64,000 nt of DNA from Podarcis bocagei (Eukaryota): the NCBI GenBank assembly GCA_964188305.1, contig OZ076893.1, one strand, 5' to 3'. Both the position numbers and the translations under genes were made by a program. Under the pieces are notes generated by a model, which worked only from the letters and a program-made list of their open reading frames with translations, was not told the origin of the DNA and did not search any database. Positions 39,784-51,996 of this stretch are shown here, in pieces (within the stretch, counting starts at the first letter, position 1; the number at the start of each line of letters is the position of its first letter).

Positions 39784-42213
39784 ATGAAGATGAGAGGAAT
39801 CCTTCATGGAGAGAGCTTTCAAACACCAGGAAGGTATATTACCCTTCTGATATTTTCATCTTTGTTCTGTGGAGCAGTTTTGGAAGAGGTTAACTATTCC
39901 ATCCCTGAGGAGATGGCAAAGGGGTCTTTGGTGGGAAATCTTGCCAAGGATCTAGGACTGAATGTCAGAGAACTGAAGAGCAGAAACCTGCATATCATTT
40001 CTGAAGGTAAAAAGCCATATTTCACTATCAATGCTGAAAATGGAAACCTGTATGTGAATGAGAGGATAGATCGTGAGGGGATGTGTAGAGAGAGCACACA
40101 CTGCATTACTGATTTTGAAGCGATGGTTGAAAAGCCATTGAATGTTTTCCATGTAAGTGTAGCAATTCAGGACATTAATGATAACGCGCCACAATTCTTA
40201 GAAGCCAATATTAGACTGGAAATAATTGAATCCACATTGCCAGGTGCTAGATTTCTCCTTGGGAAAGCTGAAGATCCTGATATTGGGATTAATTCTCTCC
40301 AAAACTACCAGTTAAACCTAAATCAGTTCTTTGTATTAGAAATTAAACACAGTCTAGATGGCCATAAAAATGCAGAGTTGGTGCTGCAAAAACCTTTGGA
40401 TCGGGAAAGTGAGCACTCGCTTCAGTTGATCCTCACAGCTCTTGATGGAGGTGAACCCAAAAAAACTGGGACTGCCCAGATATGGATTAACGTCACAGAT
40501 GCCAATGACAACCCACCAGTCTTCACTCAAGAACTTTATACAGTTAGCCTGAGGGAAAATTCCCCTGTGGGGTCCCCCATACTCCAAGTAAAAGCCTTGG
40601 ATAAGGATGAAGGTTCAAATAGTCAGATCCATTACACATTCAGTAAAGTCCCAGAAAAAGTCTATGAAAAATTTAGACTAGATCCACAAAGTGGAACAAT
40701 TACAATTAAGGAGACCCTTGACTTTGAGGAAACAGAGAAGTACACTATGGCAGTTGAAGCAAGAGATGGAGGTGGATTAGTGGCTCACTGTAATGTTGAT
40801 ATAAAGATTATAGATGAGAATGATAATGCTCCAGAAATTATTCTAGCCTCCTTATCTTCTCCAATTCCCGAAGATTCTGTTTCTGAAACAGTAATAGCTC
40901 TCATCAACGTAAAGGATAGGGATTCGGGAGAAAATGGAAAGATCACCTGCCACTTACAAAGTAATGTACCATTTAAAATAGTCTCAACATCTAAGAACTA
41001 CTACAAAATCCTTACAGACAGTCCTTTGGACAGAGAAAAAGCCTCAGGATACAACATCACAATCACGGCCACCGACAAAGGTAGCCCTCCTCTCTCCTCC
41101 AACAAAACCATCTCCCTGCAGATTTCAGATATCAATGATAACCCCCCTGCCTTTGAAAAATCAACTTACAGTGTCTTTGTGCCTGAAAACAATCCCTCAG
41201 GTGCCTCCATTTTCTCCATCAAAGCCTTGGACCCAGATCTGGACCGTAACTCACGTATCACTTACTCCATCCTCAACAGCAACATGGAGGAGCTGCCTCT
41301 CTCCTCTTACGTCTCCATCAGCTCTGAGACGGGAACTATCTATGCACAGCGCTCCTTTGACTATGAGCAATTCAGGGAGTTTCAGATCCAAGTGAAGGCC
41401 CAAGATGGCGGCTCTCCCTCTCTCAGCAACAACGCCACCGTGTGGGTGTACATTTTGGATCAGAACGATAACAGCCCTCGCGTTCTGTATCCTCTCCCGG
41501 GTGTTGAGGACTCTGCCTTGTTTGAGATGGTTCCTCACTCGGCAGAGCCAGGCTACCTAGTGACCAAAGTGGTGGCTGTGGACGCGGACTCTGGGCACAA
41601 TGTCTGGCTCTCCTACCAAGTGCTGCAGGCCACAGAGCCGGCCCTTTTCACCATTGGGACCCACACGGGAGAGATCAGGACGTCACGAGCCCTTCTGGAG
41701 AAAGATGCTGTGAAACAGAAGCTGGTCATCCTGGTGAAGGACAGTGGGAAGGCTCCGCGCTCAGCTACTGTGGTCCTCAACCTCGTGGTTGCCGAGAACT
41801 TCCAAGAGGCACTTCCAGAAATGACTAGGCAATCCAGTGACACAGAGCATCATTCTGACCTCCAGTTTTACTTGGTGCTGGCTTTGGCATTGATCTCATT
41901 TTTATTCCTCCTGACGGTGATACTGGTCATTGTCATGAAACTTCGACAGTCAGGAAATCCCAAATTATTCCAATGCTTTGAACCTAATGCTTTTTCTAAG
42001 GCACAGGTCATATTTCCACCAAACTATGAAGAAGGAACTTTACCTTATTCCTACCAACTCTGCCTATCGTCAGAGATGAGGAAAGAGCAGGTCTCTTTCC
42101 CGAAACCCCATATCCAGGTGGCAGAAAACTTGCTATGCAATGATAGCTCTCAGGTGGTTCTTGTGGATGGCAACTGTGGGGATGCCAATGCCAAAGAGGA
42201 GGTTGGTGAGCAG
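39784..42213 (+). CDS. PCDHGB: Protocadherin gamma-B-like variable exon V7
   Basis: First ATG 39784 (alternative 39790); tail [16 protein letters not shown]; donor CAG|GTAAGC after 42213 (810 codons). Confidence 0.9.
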
Positions 42214-42408
42214 GTAAGCTTTGCTTTTAGAAACAGCCTTACCTTATCGGAATAAAACTAATATTTTTATTTTGTTTTACTATATAAGGGGGTCAGGAAA
42301 ATGAAATTACAGTGTTAACAGCAATTGTTCTGATTGTGGAGAACTTTCCCTACACATAGAAATGCTAGATGCAGCATAAATTCTGAATCATACAATAATG
42401 TCAGAGTG

Positions 42409-42505
42409 TGTATCTGAAGAAGTGTGCATGCACACGAAAGCTCATACCAAGAACTAACTTAGTTGGTCTTTAAGGTGCTACTGGAAGGAATTTTTTTATT
42501 TTGAG
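42409..42505 (+). mobile_element. 97-bp Penelope-like retroelement terminal fragment
   Basis: 13-bp TSD taatgtcagagtg (42396-42408 and 42506-42518); empty site in the duplicated copy at about 54890-54902. Family call rests on the hammerhead-type head and recalled similarity to reptile PLE ends. Confidence 0.75.
42410..42447 (+). ncRNA. Minimal type-I hammerhead ribozyme motif
   Basis: GUAU-CUGAAGA-A-GUGUGC-AU-GCACAC-GAAA-GC-UC-AUAC: stem I GUAU/AUAC, CUGANGA and GAAA core, hairpin stem II, palindromic AGCU in place of stem III. Confidence 0.65.
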
Positions 42506-42714
42506 TAATGTCAGAGTGAGTCTTCATCTCAGGAATTAAAGGAAATGTAAGCATGCATACAGCTTGAGTGTTCAGTCTTCCTGTGGGGTATTAGCATGTC
42601 ACCATAAATATATAGTTATTTATACACCCCTCATCAATTAAAAATAAGGATCAACTTAACTGAAGAATGCATAAAAAATGAATACTTCCTGTTTATTTGT
42701 AGTATAATTTTGGG

Positions 42715-44097
42715 CTCTATGTGGCTTTTCTGGAGGATTCATAAAAAGAAGTTGTGTGAAATACAGCAAGCACAGAAAAGGCATCCCAAATGATCAATGG
42801 GTGCAACAACTTCTGTAGGGATATTTAGTTTGGATAAAAGACAAGAAGAGAAGTGAGACAGCTGTATAGAATTATGAACGAGGTTGAGAAAATGAATAGA
42901 GAGATCCCCCTCCCCCATATTACTGGAACCTGCAGCCATTAGATGAATCTGAACATTGGGAGATTCAGAACAGATAAAATGAAGTACTTCTTTATACAAT
43001 GCATAGATAAACTATGGAATTCCTTGTTGACAACTAAATGCAACAAAGTAATTGCCAGAGAAGTCTGGGACATCGGATCAGTGAAAATGGATGTGGCAGC
43101 AAACAATTAGTGTGAATCTTAAGAAACACTTGTATACGTTTATTTTTTGATGGTACATGACACTGCTGTGGCTTCGTCACATTTTAGTTGTTGTTGTTTA
43201 TTTGTTTAGTCGCGTCTGACTCGTCGTGACCCCATGGACAGAGCACGCCAGGCACTCCTGTCTTCCACTGCCTCCCACAGTTTGGTCAAATTTATAGTAT
43301 AGCAAATAATTACGTTGGAAGTACAATTCAACCAATGCTAGGATGCAACATATTTGGGAGGCATGTCCCTAAATTAAGAATTTGTGGGTGGATATAATAA
43401 GAGAAAATGAAATAATGACAGGATGCACTTTCCCAATGGATCCTCTCATTGTTTTATCTAGTTGTTTTAAGGATTTAGTATAACAGACGACAGATAATTA
43501 CTCCAACAGTTACTGTCTGTGGCCAGAGCAACTATTTGTTATAACTGAGGGCATTGGCTAAGAACACCAGCTTTAGGGGAATGGATTACTACAGCATGGA
43601 ATATTTTATCAATGGTTCAAATAATTAATACATTAAGAATCAGAGAGAGGAGGCAGTCTGATAACTTTCAATGTGTTTTTCATAATTTTTTGGTGCAATG
43701 AAGTTCAAGATAACGCAGACCCACATACTTTATTCAGATCTTTATGAAGGCTATATACTTTATTTGAGTTCATAATAAAAATTTAAAGATAATTGTATAC
43801 ACAAACATTTGGTTTTTATATAAACCATTATTAAATATTTTACTTATTTAAACAAACAAACAATGGAAATCACTATCACAAGATGCAACGATGGTCACCT
43901 ACTTGGGTGGTTTTAAAGGGGGATTAGAAAAAAATCATTGTCACGTTGGCTATATTATGTCTAGTACCAGACACCTCTGAATGTGGGCCAAGGGCAGAGC
44001 TTTTGAGGGGCAATTGGTTGCCCATAGTGGGAGAAAGGATGCTGGACTCAATAGAGCTCTGGCCTGATCCAGCAGGGCTCTTCTTATGTTTTTATGA
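42715..44097 (+). mobile_element. Fragmented CR1-type LINE 3' region (pieces at about 42715-43030 and 43875-44097; paralogous pieces at about 55150-55385 and 55875-56097)
   Basis: Similar to the 3' part of the element at 3790-4818 (gatgaatctgaacattgggagattcag; ggtggttttaaa; ctggcctgatccagcagggctcttcttatgtttttatg). Confidence 0.6.
43187..43290 (-). mobile_element. RTE/BovB LINE 3'-end fragment
   Basis: Reverse complement reads ...cctggcgtgctctgtccatggggtcacgacgagtcagacgcgactaaac followed by a (CAA)n tail. Confidence 0.8.
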
Positions 44098-44554
44098 AAT
44101 AGAATGGTGTGCAATGTTTCTGTGTGATAGACTAGCACATGAAAAACTAGAAGCATGTTGAAAATTAGGCAGCACTCTGGTTGTGATCACTTGGAAATGT
44201 CAGTTCTGTTCAGTGGGGTTCCAGTTTCAAGGGGATATATGGCAGGCAAAAATATTTGAATAGCATACACATCTCCAGATTGGGTTTATGGTCCTGTAGG
44301 CTGTTCTATGGAGCAATAAGAGGAGCTATCCCCTTTAATGCGTACAAACTGAAAGTAAATTACTTTAGTTATTTTCTAATAAGACCTGTATCATATACTC
44401 TTTCAATTAGACACAACTGATTTCTTCTAACACCTCTTGTCTCTCCACTGTTCTCAGTTCCCAAACTTCATGATGCTATTATCATGATATGAGCTCACGT
44501 GTAAAGTGCCAACCAACATTTCATCCTGTTGGATCATGCCTAGCTTCCGTCAAG

Positions 44555-44715
44555 GTGTTCCGTTTTGCCAAAAGCTGTTTAGTCATGCTGGCCACATGAC
44601 CTGGAAAGCTGTCTGTGGACAAATGCCGGCTCCCTCGGCCTGAAAGAGAGATGAGCGCCGCCACCCCATAGTCGCCTTTGACTGAACTTAACTATCCGGG
44701 GGTCCTTTACCTTTT
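44555..44715 (+). mobile_element. 5'-truncated Sauria SINE
   Basis: ttagtcatgctggccacatgacctggaa...gagatgagcgccgccaccccatagtcg...gtcctttaccttt matches the 3' half of the SINE at 10791-11138. Confidence 0.8.
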
Positions 44716-45391
44716 TTTACTGCTGGTAGAGCAGCTACAGCCATTGGTCCTACACTTGTGCTGAGTTCCTGCTTTGATCACAGGGGAGCAACTGCTAAGC
44801 AAGGACATTTGTATGGCATCAGCAGGTAGGAGGCAGGTGGCAGAGTCTGATGTAGAACCAATACCAGCGAACACACTTTCATTACGTTACTCTTGGAATT
44901 CCTACCCAACACTGAGAAGAACTTGTACTCTGTTCCATAAATGTTGATGAACAGACATCCAACAACTTAGGAGAGATAAAAAAAGAGAATAATTTCAATA
45001 GGGTGTTTATATTCTATTTAAGCAACAACAACAAAAATACAGTTGACTTACAGCTCTTGTGCTACTATAGCGTAACTATTATCGTAATACATTAATTTTA
45101 AGATAAGGTTTTACTATGTAACTGGATATTTATATATTAATAATAATGTTTCCATGTTTCAAAAAAAAATGAAGATGTGTATAACCTTCATGTAATTGCA
45201 GTATTAGATACGACCCCAATTTTCACAGTACTGAAAAGCCACGAACATAAATGAGGGTAGCTGTACACTAAGAAAGAACACCAAGGAAAAGCTTTCTCAA
45301 ATGCTCCACTCAGTGAGCAGAAAGGAAGGTACAGTATGTGCTGGAGAAACACCTGCATTTATTCACCTCTGTCTATTTTCATAGAACAAAA

Positions 45392-46275
45392 TGCAGTTCC
45401 TTGAGTGGTCCTCTAAGTCAGTGTTTCCCAACTGGTGTTCCGCGGCACACTAGTGTGCCGCAAGACGTTGCCTGGTGTGCCGTGGGAGGGAGGCGGGCGA
45501 GTCGGGCGGCGAGAGGCGGGGCGGCAGCGGCGAGGAGAGGCCGCCCAGCGCGGGGCTCTCGCCGTCTGCCTGCCTGGCTGCCTGCGTGGCGCTGACGTCA
45601 CGGGGCTGTAACGTGCCCCACATAGGCACACGCGGGGCGGCGAGCGAGCTCCCTCCCACATCCCATCGCTGCTCGCTTCGGCCGGCCTACTGGGCTGTCG
45701 CAGGCGGAAGGCCTGTGCATGCACGAGGCTTTCGCGCCTTCGGGATTCCCTTCACGCCTTCCTCCTCCCGGGTCCTTGAGAGCGCGGGAAGCGGCAGCGC
45801 GAGACCGGCGTTGAGCCTGGTAGGTATTGCGCTTGCCAAGGCAGTCATTTGGGAAATGAAAACTTGCAAAGCAAGCAACCAGTTCAATCTGAAGTACGTG
45901 TATGCTTAATATCCTGTATCTGAAACCTGTTCTGCCCCCTCCCCCACACTTGGTGCCATTTTCATCTACACATGCAGCAGAGTAAGTTGACCCAGAATAG
46001 TACCAATTCAGATGGCAGATGGGAGAATGACAGTGCTGAATGCTTTCCCATGTAGAACAGTCCCTGCAAATAAAAACCTAGCATATTTGGAAGAGGGATG
46101 CTAGCCTAACCATTACCTTCTATGCTGTTACTATTTTTTATTTTTTTTTACATAAGTAAAAAGTGACCTTTCCCCATCTGGCATGGTGGTGTGCCTCGAG
46201 ATTTTTTTCATGAAACAAGTGTGCCTTTGCCCAAAAAAGGTTGGGAAACACTGCTCTAAGTGTCAGTGTTGGCCA
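45392..46275 (+). promoter_or_regulatory. CSE/CTCF site of V8, split by a hAT-type insertion
   Basis: 5' half tgcagttccttgagtggtcctctaagt (45392-45418) and 3' half ctctaagtgtcagtgttggcca (46254-46275) rejoin to match the intact paralogous element at 57341-57381. Confidence 0.85.
45419..46253. mobile_element. Non-autonomous hAT-type DNA transposon with CpG-rich cargo (835 bp), inserted in the V8 CSE
   Basis: TIR cagtgtttcccaac / gttgggaaacactg; 8-bp TSD ctctaagt (45411-45418 and 46254-46261); empty site at 57360-57367; arms shared with 21365-21885. Confidence 0.95.
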
Positions 46276-46545
46276 GTATGAGAGCCAGAGAGAGGATAGA
46301 CATCCATTGATGCTTCCTAGACTGCAGTAACTCCCATCACTGCTATTCGGATCAGGCCAGCTGAAGAGCACAGTGACGGAACTCGGGCAGAGAAGGAAAA
46401 ATCTCTTTTGCTTTGCACAAATATAAGAACAAGGGCAGTTTATTCTTCCTCAGTGATACCTCGTGTTGTTTCCTTCATCATTGTGAGAGCTTGAGCATAG
46501 GAAACTGAGAAAAGGAAGCAGCCTGTTTTTGAGAGAACCAGCCAA

Positions 46546-48966
46546 ATGGAGAGAAGGCACCCAGGGAATGGCAGGGCACTCACAAGGCAAGTACTGCTTC
46601 TCTCTCTCTTGTCTTTTACCTGTTGGGCTGCATCAGAGCAGATTCATTATTCAACCCCTGAGGAGATGGCAAAGGGTTCCGTTGTGGGGAACCTCGCCAA
46701 GGACCTGGGACTGAGCGCCAGAGAACTAAAACATCGCAATCTGCACACTGTGTCTGTGGCTAAAATGCAGCATTTCAGTATCAATGCAGAGAATGGAAAC
46801 CTCTATGTAAATGACAGGATTGATAGGGAGGGGATATGTGGCAAAAATCCAAATTGCTTTGTTAATTTTGAAGTTGTGGTGGAAAACCCTTTGAATATTT
46901 TCCATGTACTAGTGGAAATCCAGGATGTTAATGATAATGCACCACAATTCCTCAATGGCAACATCAACTTGGAGACAGGAGAACAAACCTTGCCTGGGGC
47001 CCGCTTTCTCCTTGGGAAAGCAGAAGATCCTGACATTGGGATGAACTCTCTCCAGGATTACCAGTTGAGCTCCAATCAGTATTTCTCTTTGGAAGTTAGA
47101 GAAAGGAAGGATGGAAATAAATATGCAGAACTGGTGCTACAGAAACCTCTTGACCGAGAAAGTGAACAGACCCTTCACTTGGTTCTTACTGCTATGGATG
47201 GGGGTGAGCCTAGGAAAACTGGGACGGCCCAGATACAGATTAATGTCACTGATGCCAATGACAACCCACCTGTTTTCACTCAAGAGGTATACAAGGTCAG
47301 CTTATCTGAAAATGTTCCTGTTGGGTCACGTGTTCTCCAGGTTGCAGCCTCTGATAAGGATGAAGGTACAAATGCCCAAATCAGGTATCATTTTAGCAAC
47401 ATACCGGCAACTGCTGAACAGAAATTCAGGCTGGATCCCATCAGTGGTAGAATCACTCTTCTGGAGGAACTGGATTTTGAGGACAATGATGAATATACTA
47501 TGACAGTTGCTGCAAAAGATGGTGGTGGATTGGTGACACATTCTAATATTGAGATAAGGGTTCATGATGAGAATGATAATGCCCCAGATGTGACCTTAGC
47601 CTCCATGTTCAGCCCTGTTCCTGAAAATTCTCTGCCAGGAACAATCATTGCACTGATCAATGTGAATGACAAAGATAGTGGAGATAATGGGAAGGTTACT
47701 TGCTACTTAAACGATAATTTACCCTTCAAAATTCTTCCCTCATCTAACAATTACTTCAAGCTCCAGACCGACAGTCCTCTGGATAGGGAAATAGCTCCTG
47801 CATATAATATTACAATCATAGCCACTGATAGAGGAACTCCACCTCTTTCCACACACAAAACAATCTCACTACAGATCTCAGATATCAATGATAATGCCCC
47901 TGCTTTTCAGAGATCAATCTACAGCATCTACGTGCCAGAAAACAATCCTTCAGGTGCCTCCATTTTCACCATCAAAGCCTCTGATCCCGATGTGGACCAG
48001 AACTCACGGATCACATACTCCATCCTCAACAGCAACATTGAGGAGCTTCCCATCTCCTCCTATATCTCCATTAATTCAGAGACTGGCACCATCTATGCCC
48101 AGAGATCCTTTGACTATGAACAATTCAGAGAGTTCCGGCTGCAAGTGAAGGCCCAAGATAGGGGTTCTCCCCCTCTCAGCAGCAATGTGACCGTCAGAGT
48201 GTTTGTTCTTGACAGGAATGATAACAGCCCTCGTATCCTGTCCCCCTCACAAGAAGCCAAGGGCTCAGCCTTGTTTGAGATGGTGCCTCGTTCGGCCGAG
48301 GCAGATTATCTTGTCACCAAGGTGGTGGCCGTGGATGCAGATTCTGGACACAACGCCTGGCTCTCCTACCACCTGACTCAGGCCACTGAGCCGGCACTCT
48401 TCACGGTTGGTTCTCATACTGGAGAGATCAGGATGGCCAGGGCCTTTGTGGAGAGAGACGCTGTGAAACAGAGACTGGTCATTCTGGTGAAGGATAACGG
48501 GCAGCCGTCTCTCTCGGCCACCATGACTCTGAACCTGGTGTTTGCTGAGAACTTTCAGGAGGCCCTTCCGGAAATGAAGAGCCAACCCAGCAGCTCGGAG
48601 TATCAGTCTGACCTGCAGTTCTACTTGGTGCTGGCCTTAGCTGTGATCTCTTTCTTGTTCCTCTTGACTGTCATTCTGGCCGTTACAATGAAGCTCCGTC
48701 AATCAGGGCATCCCAGGTTCCTACAGTGCTTTGGTCCTGTTCCCCATTCCAAGAATGGTGCCATCTTCCCACCCAACTTTGAAGATGGGACTTTGCCCTA
48801 TTCCTACCAGCTGTGTCTGTCTTCTGAGACCAGGAAAAATGAGTTTGCCTTCCTGACACCCAATGTTCAGATGGCAGACAATATTCTTAGTGGTGAGAAA
48901 CCTGCTGTGCCTTTTACAGGCAATGTAGGAAACAATTTTGATTCTGCAGTAGATAATGGAGAACAG
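46546..48966 (+). CDS. PCDHGB: Protocadherin gamma-B-like variable exon V8 (hybrid: V10-like 5' part, V6-like 3' end)
   Basis: Intact ORF; donor CAG|GTAAGG after 48966 (807 codons). N-terminus almost identical to V10; the C-terminal [24 protein letters not shown] is identical to V6. Confidence 0.92.
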
Positions 48967-50651
48967 GTAAGGTTTGTTTTCTGCAATTGAATGCCATTAT
49001 CTATCATTCTTTGCCATTAGTGACATTGTCAGAGTGCTTTTTATCCAGCTAATGTGACTGCCTTTTTGTTTTTCATCATATAAATGAATAGTTTGGCTCT
49101 TACATCATTTGGCTTTCATGAATCAGGATGCGTCCTTTTCACTCCATGGGGAAGCTACACATTGCAGCTTTGAGCCATGCCCTTGAAACCATCTGGTAGA
49201 ACTTATCTTGTTGTCATTTGAACAACTAGTATTTTGAGGAGTTGACCTTCAACTACTTTTATTAAATTAAATAAAGTGAGGGAAAGAACTTTGTTTTTCA
49301 CATTACTTGGCTTGGGGGGGCAGAAATTTTGGCTGTAGAATCAAAGGAGGGCACCTTGCTATATAGCGGAAAATACTGTCACTGTTATTAGTATTACTAG
49401 CATTTTTTTTAAGCAATAGATTTTAAAGACATATACTTTTGAGAGGTGTCTGTAAATTATGCTTTACTTCCTTCTCCATAAAATCAAATTAATTATAAAT
49501 TTGTTAATTTATACTGTGTGAGTTTTCAGTTTAATGAACTGCAGCTACCATGAACTTCAGTAGATTGTTTGAATCTAAGTTATGAGTGTGAATTATGCTG
49601 TTTATATAATTTCACTTAGAAATTATACAATGAATTGCTGCCTACAATTCATATTAAACATCATTGTATAAAGTATTTATACATAGTTCAGATCTAGAGC
49701 TTCCCTGTTTCATTCAATGAAGAGGAAAGTTCCAGAAACATCTGATTGAATTGCCTTATCAAACTAATGACATCCAAATTAGTTTAGTCCACACATTTTT
49801 CTAACTTTAATACTGGAATTCAGTATTAAAATTCAGAGTGTGGAGATTTAAAGCCTTGCTACATCTAGATACCAGTATTCCATTTAAATAGTCCACAATG
49901 CACATGTTCTATGTAGATTAGAAACCTAAGGAACCTAGAGTGGGTGGAACATGGCATAAAAGGATGCTTAGCTTCATAGTGTCCTTACTACCTTGGGTGG
50001 ATCTGGAAAGGAGAACTAATTATCTCATACCTAAGATTTACCAGCTCCTGGTGTTTAAATGTCCTCCTCTACACAAAATTGAGTGAAGAGCAAATACCAG
50101 TTTCAGTACTGATCCCAATCTTAAGTCCAGATTGGGGTCACCAATTAAATGTGACCTGCAAGGAAGGCCTTCAACTTGGTAGAAATCAGATCAGACTTGT
50201 AAATAAATGAGTCGATTGTGGATATTTCCAGCCCCTATATTCCTTTAAGTGAAACCACATTGCATCAAAGCTCTTTCTACACAACTGTCTGAGAGACAGA
50301 CAGGCGGACAGATAATGTGGAATATTTTCTTAAATACATGCGTTGTGCATTTATTTATTTTTAAATTTTATTTAAAACAAAAATAAAACAACTACATACA
50401 GCCAGAGAGTTATCTTCAAATACTCCACAGAGCTTTGCTAAAGTGTATATTCTAAAATCATTTCAATCTTAACAAAAACAAACTGGTACGTAATAACCTC
50501 CATCTCTTTGACTGTTGATCACAACTACAAATATATATTGTATCAGCAGCAGTGTTGGTCTGCAGGGATTATACAAAGGCAAGAAGGAAGCAGGAAAAAT
50601 AAAATAAAATATGTGCTTCATGCACACCAAACTGTGCTGTAGGCCAAGGCA

Positions 50652-50741
50652 CATAGCTGTCAACGTTGCCATTTTTTCAAGGGAAATTCCCTTATTCCGA
50701 ATAGGATTCCTCGCAAGCAAAGGGAAAAGTTGACAGCTATG
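50652..50741. mobile_element. 90-bp hAT-type MITE
   Basis: 13-bp perfect TIR catagctgtcaac / gttgacagctatg; 8-bp TSD ccaaggca; empty site at about 37889-37896 in the other duplicate copy. Confidence 0.9.
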
Positions 50742-51996
50742 CCAAGGCACTGTTCTGCCACATGCCTCATTGTTTGTATAATCTATAAAGTCATCCAAGA
50801 CTGCATAAAAGTAATCATATTTCCCCTGGCCTCTTGTTTCTTCAATTTCCATGTCAGTTTTTTCAATAATGCTACCTGCCTGCGTCATGTATTTCTGCCT
50901 CATGATTTAGACAATAATAATGATACTGTGTATATGATATTTATAAGTTTCAAAGGACATTGCATATAATGGGTCAGATTCAGAATTAGTTATCCTTGGA
51001 TCAATTAGTCAAACAAGACTAATTTAAGTCAAATTTGTTTAAGTGGGGCTACTCTAAGTATGATGGAGTCTGGATTTGACACATTACCTTAGAATTCTTA
51101 TATAAGTGAGTTCCTGTCAGAGGCAAAATTCATACCATGGAATTCCTGGAAAGCTCAGAACATTTGAGGTCCAGCATACCCAGGGCTTATGTATGCAGTT
51201 TTGTTCCTTGATTAAATGAAGTTGCATTGACAGTTGGAGACCACATGTAACTTTCTAAAATACTGAAAGGACTGTAGAGATTTCTGAGTAGAATTCTGGT
51301 TGTCCTATCCCATCCCCCGGCAAAATAGGGGTCTCCATATTATTTGCATATGTAGAGAGGATGAACCATATCCGTGATATTGTGAAGTACCTGGGGTGTT
51401 GTATAAGGTCAAAAGCACACACCACCAAGTAAATGAAATCAGCAAAGTGTCTATCATAACTGGACAAATGGGCAGGTGGGGAAAATGGCAAAGGTAAATA
51501 CTGACACAGTACAACTGTTGAAGGAGAAAGCTACACAAACAGACCAGAAATCATGTGGGCATAAGGTGATAAATTAGGACTTGAGATGTGGCACTATTTT
51601 CAGTGAAATTATGTAAAGATAAAGACAATTTTCAGACACGGTTTTAGGCTTTCCACACACAGTCTAAGATGCCTGTAAATACCTAATACAATATTTTTCT
51701 AATTTGTTTAAAAGTGTTTTATTATAATCAACGATAGCATTCTCATACTGCAGTCTGCTATTCTGATTTTTCCTAAAGAAATAGTGGAAATAGTGCTATA
51801 AATTCATTACTGCTTTTTCTTTGCTGCAAATATTAATTTGAAGCTGATTCCTTTTAACCTATTGTAATGGTGAACAGATAACACTTTCCAACAGGCATAT
51901 TCAGAAAACCTGTATGAGAATATGGTCTGAGTCATTACTTTAAAATACTACTATGTCATGTCATGAATTGGGGAAGAAAAATCACTGGGGAAAGAT

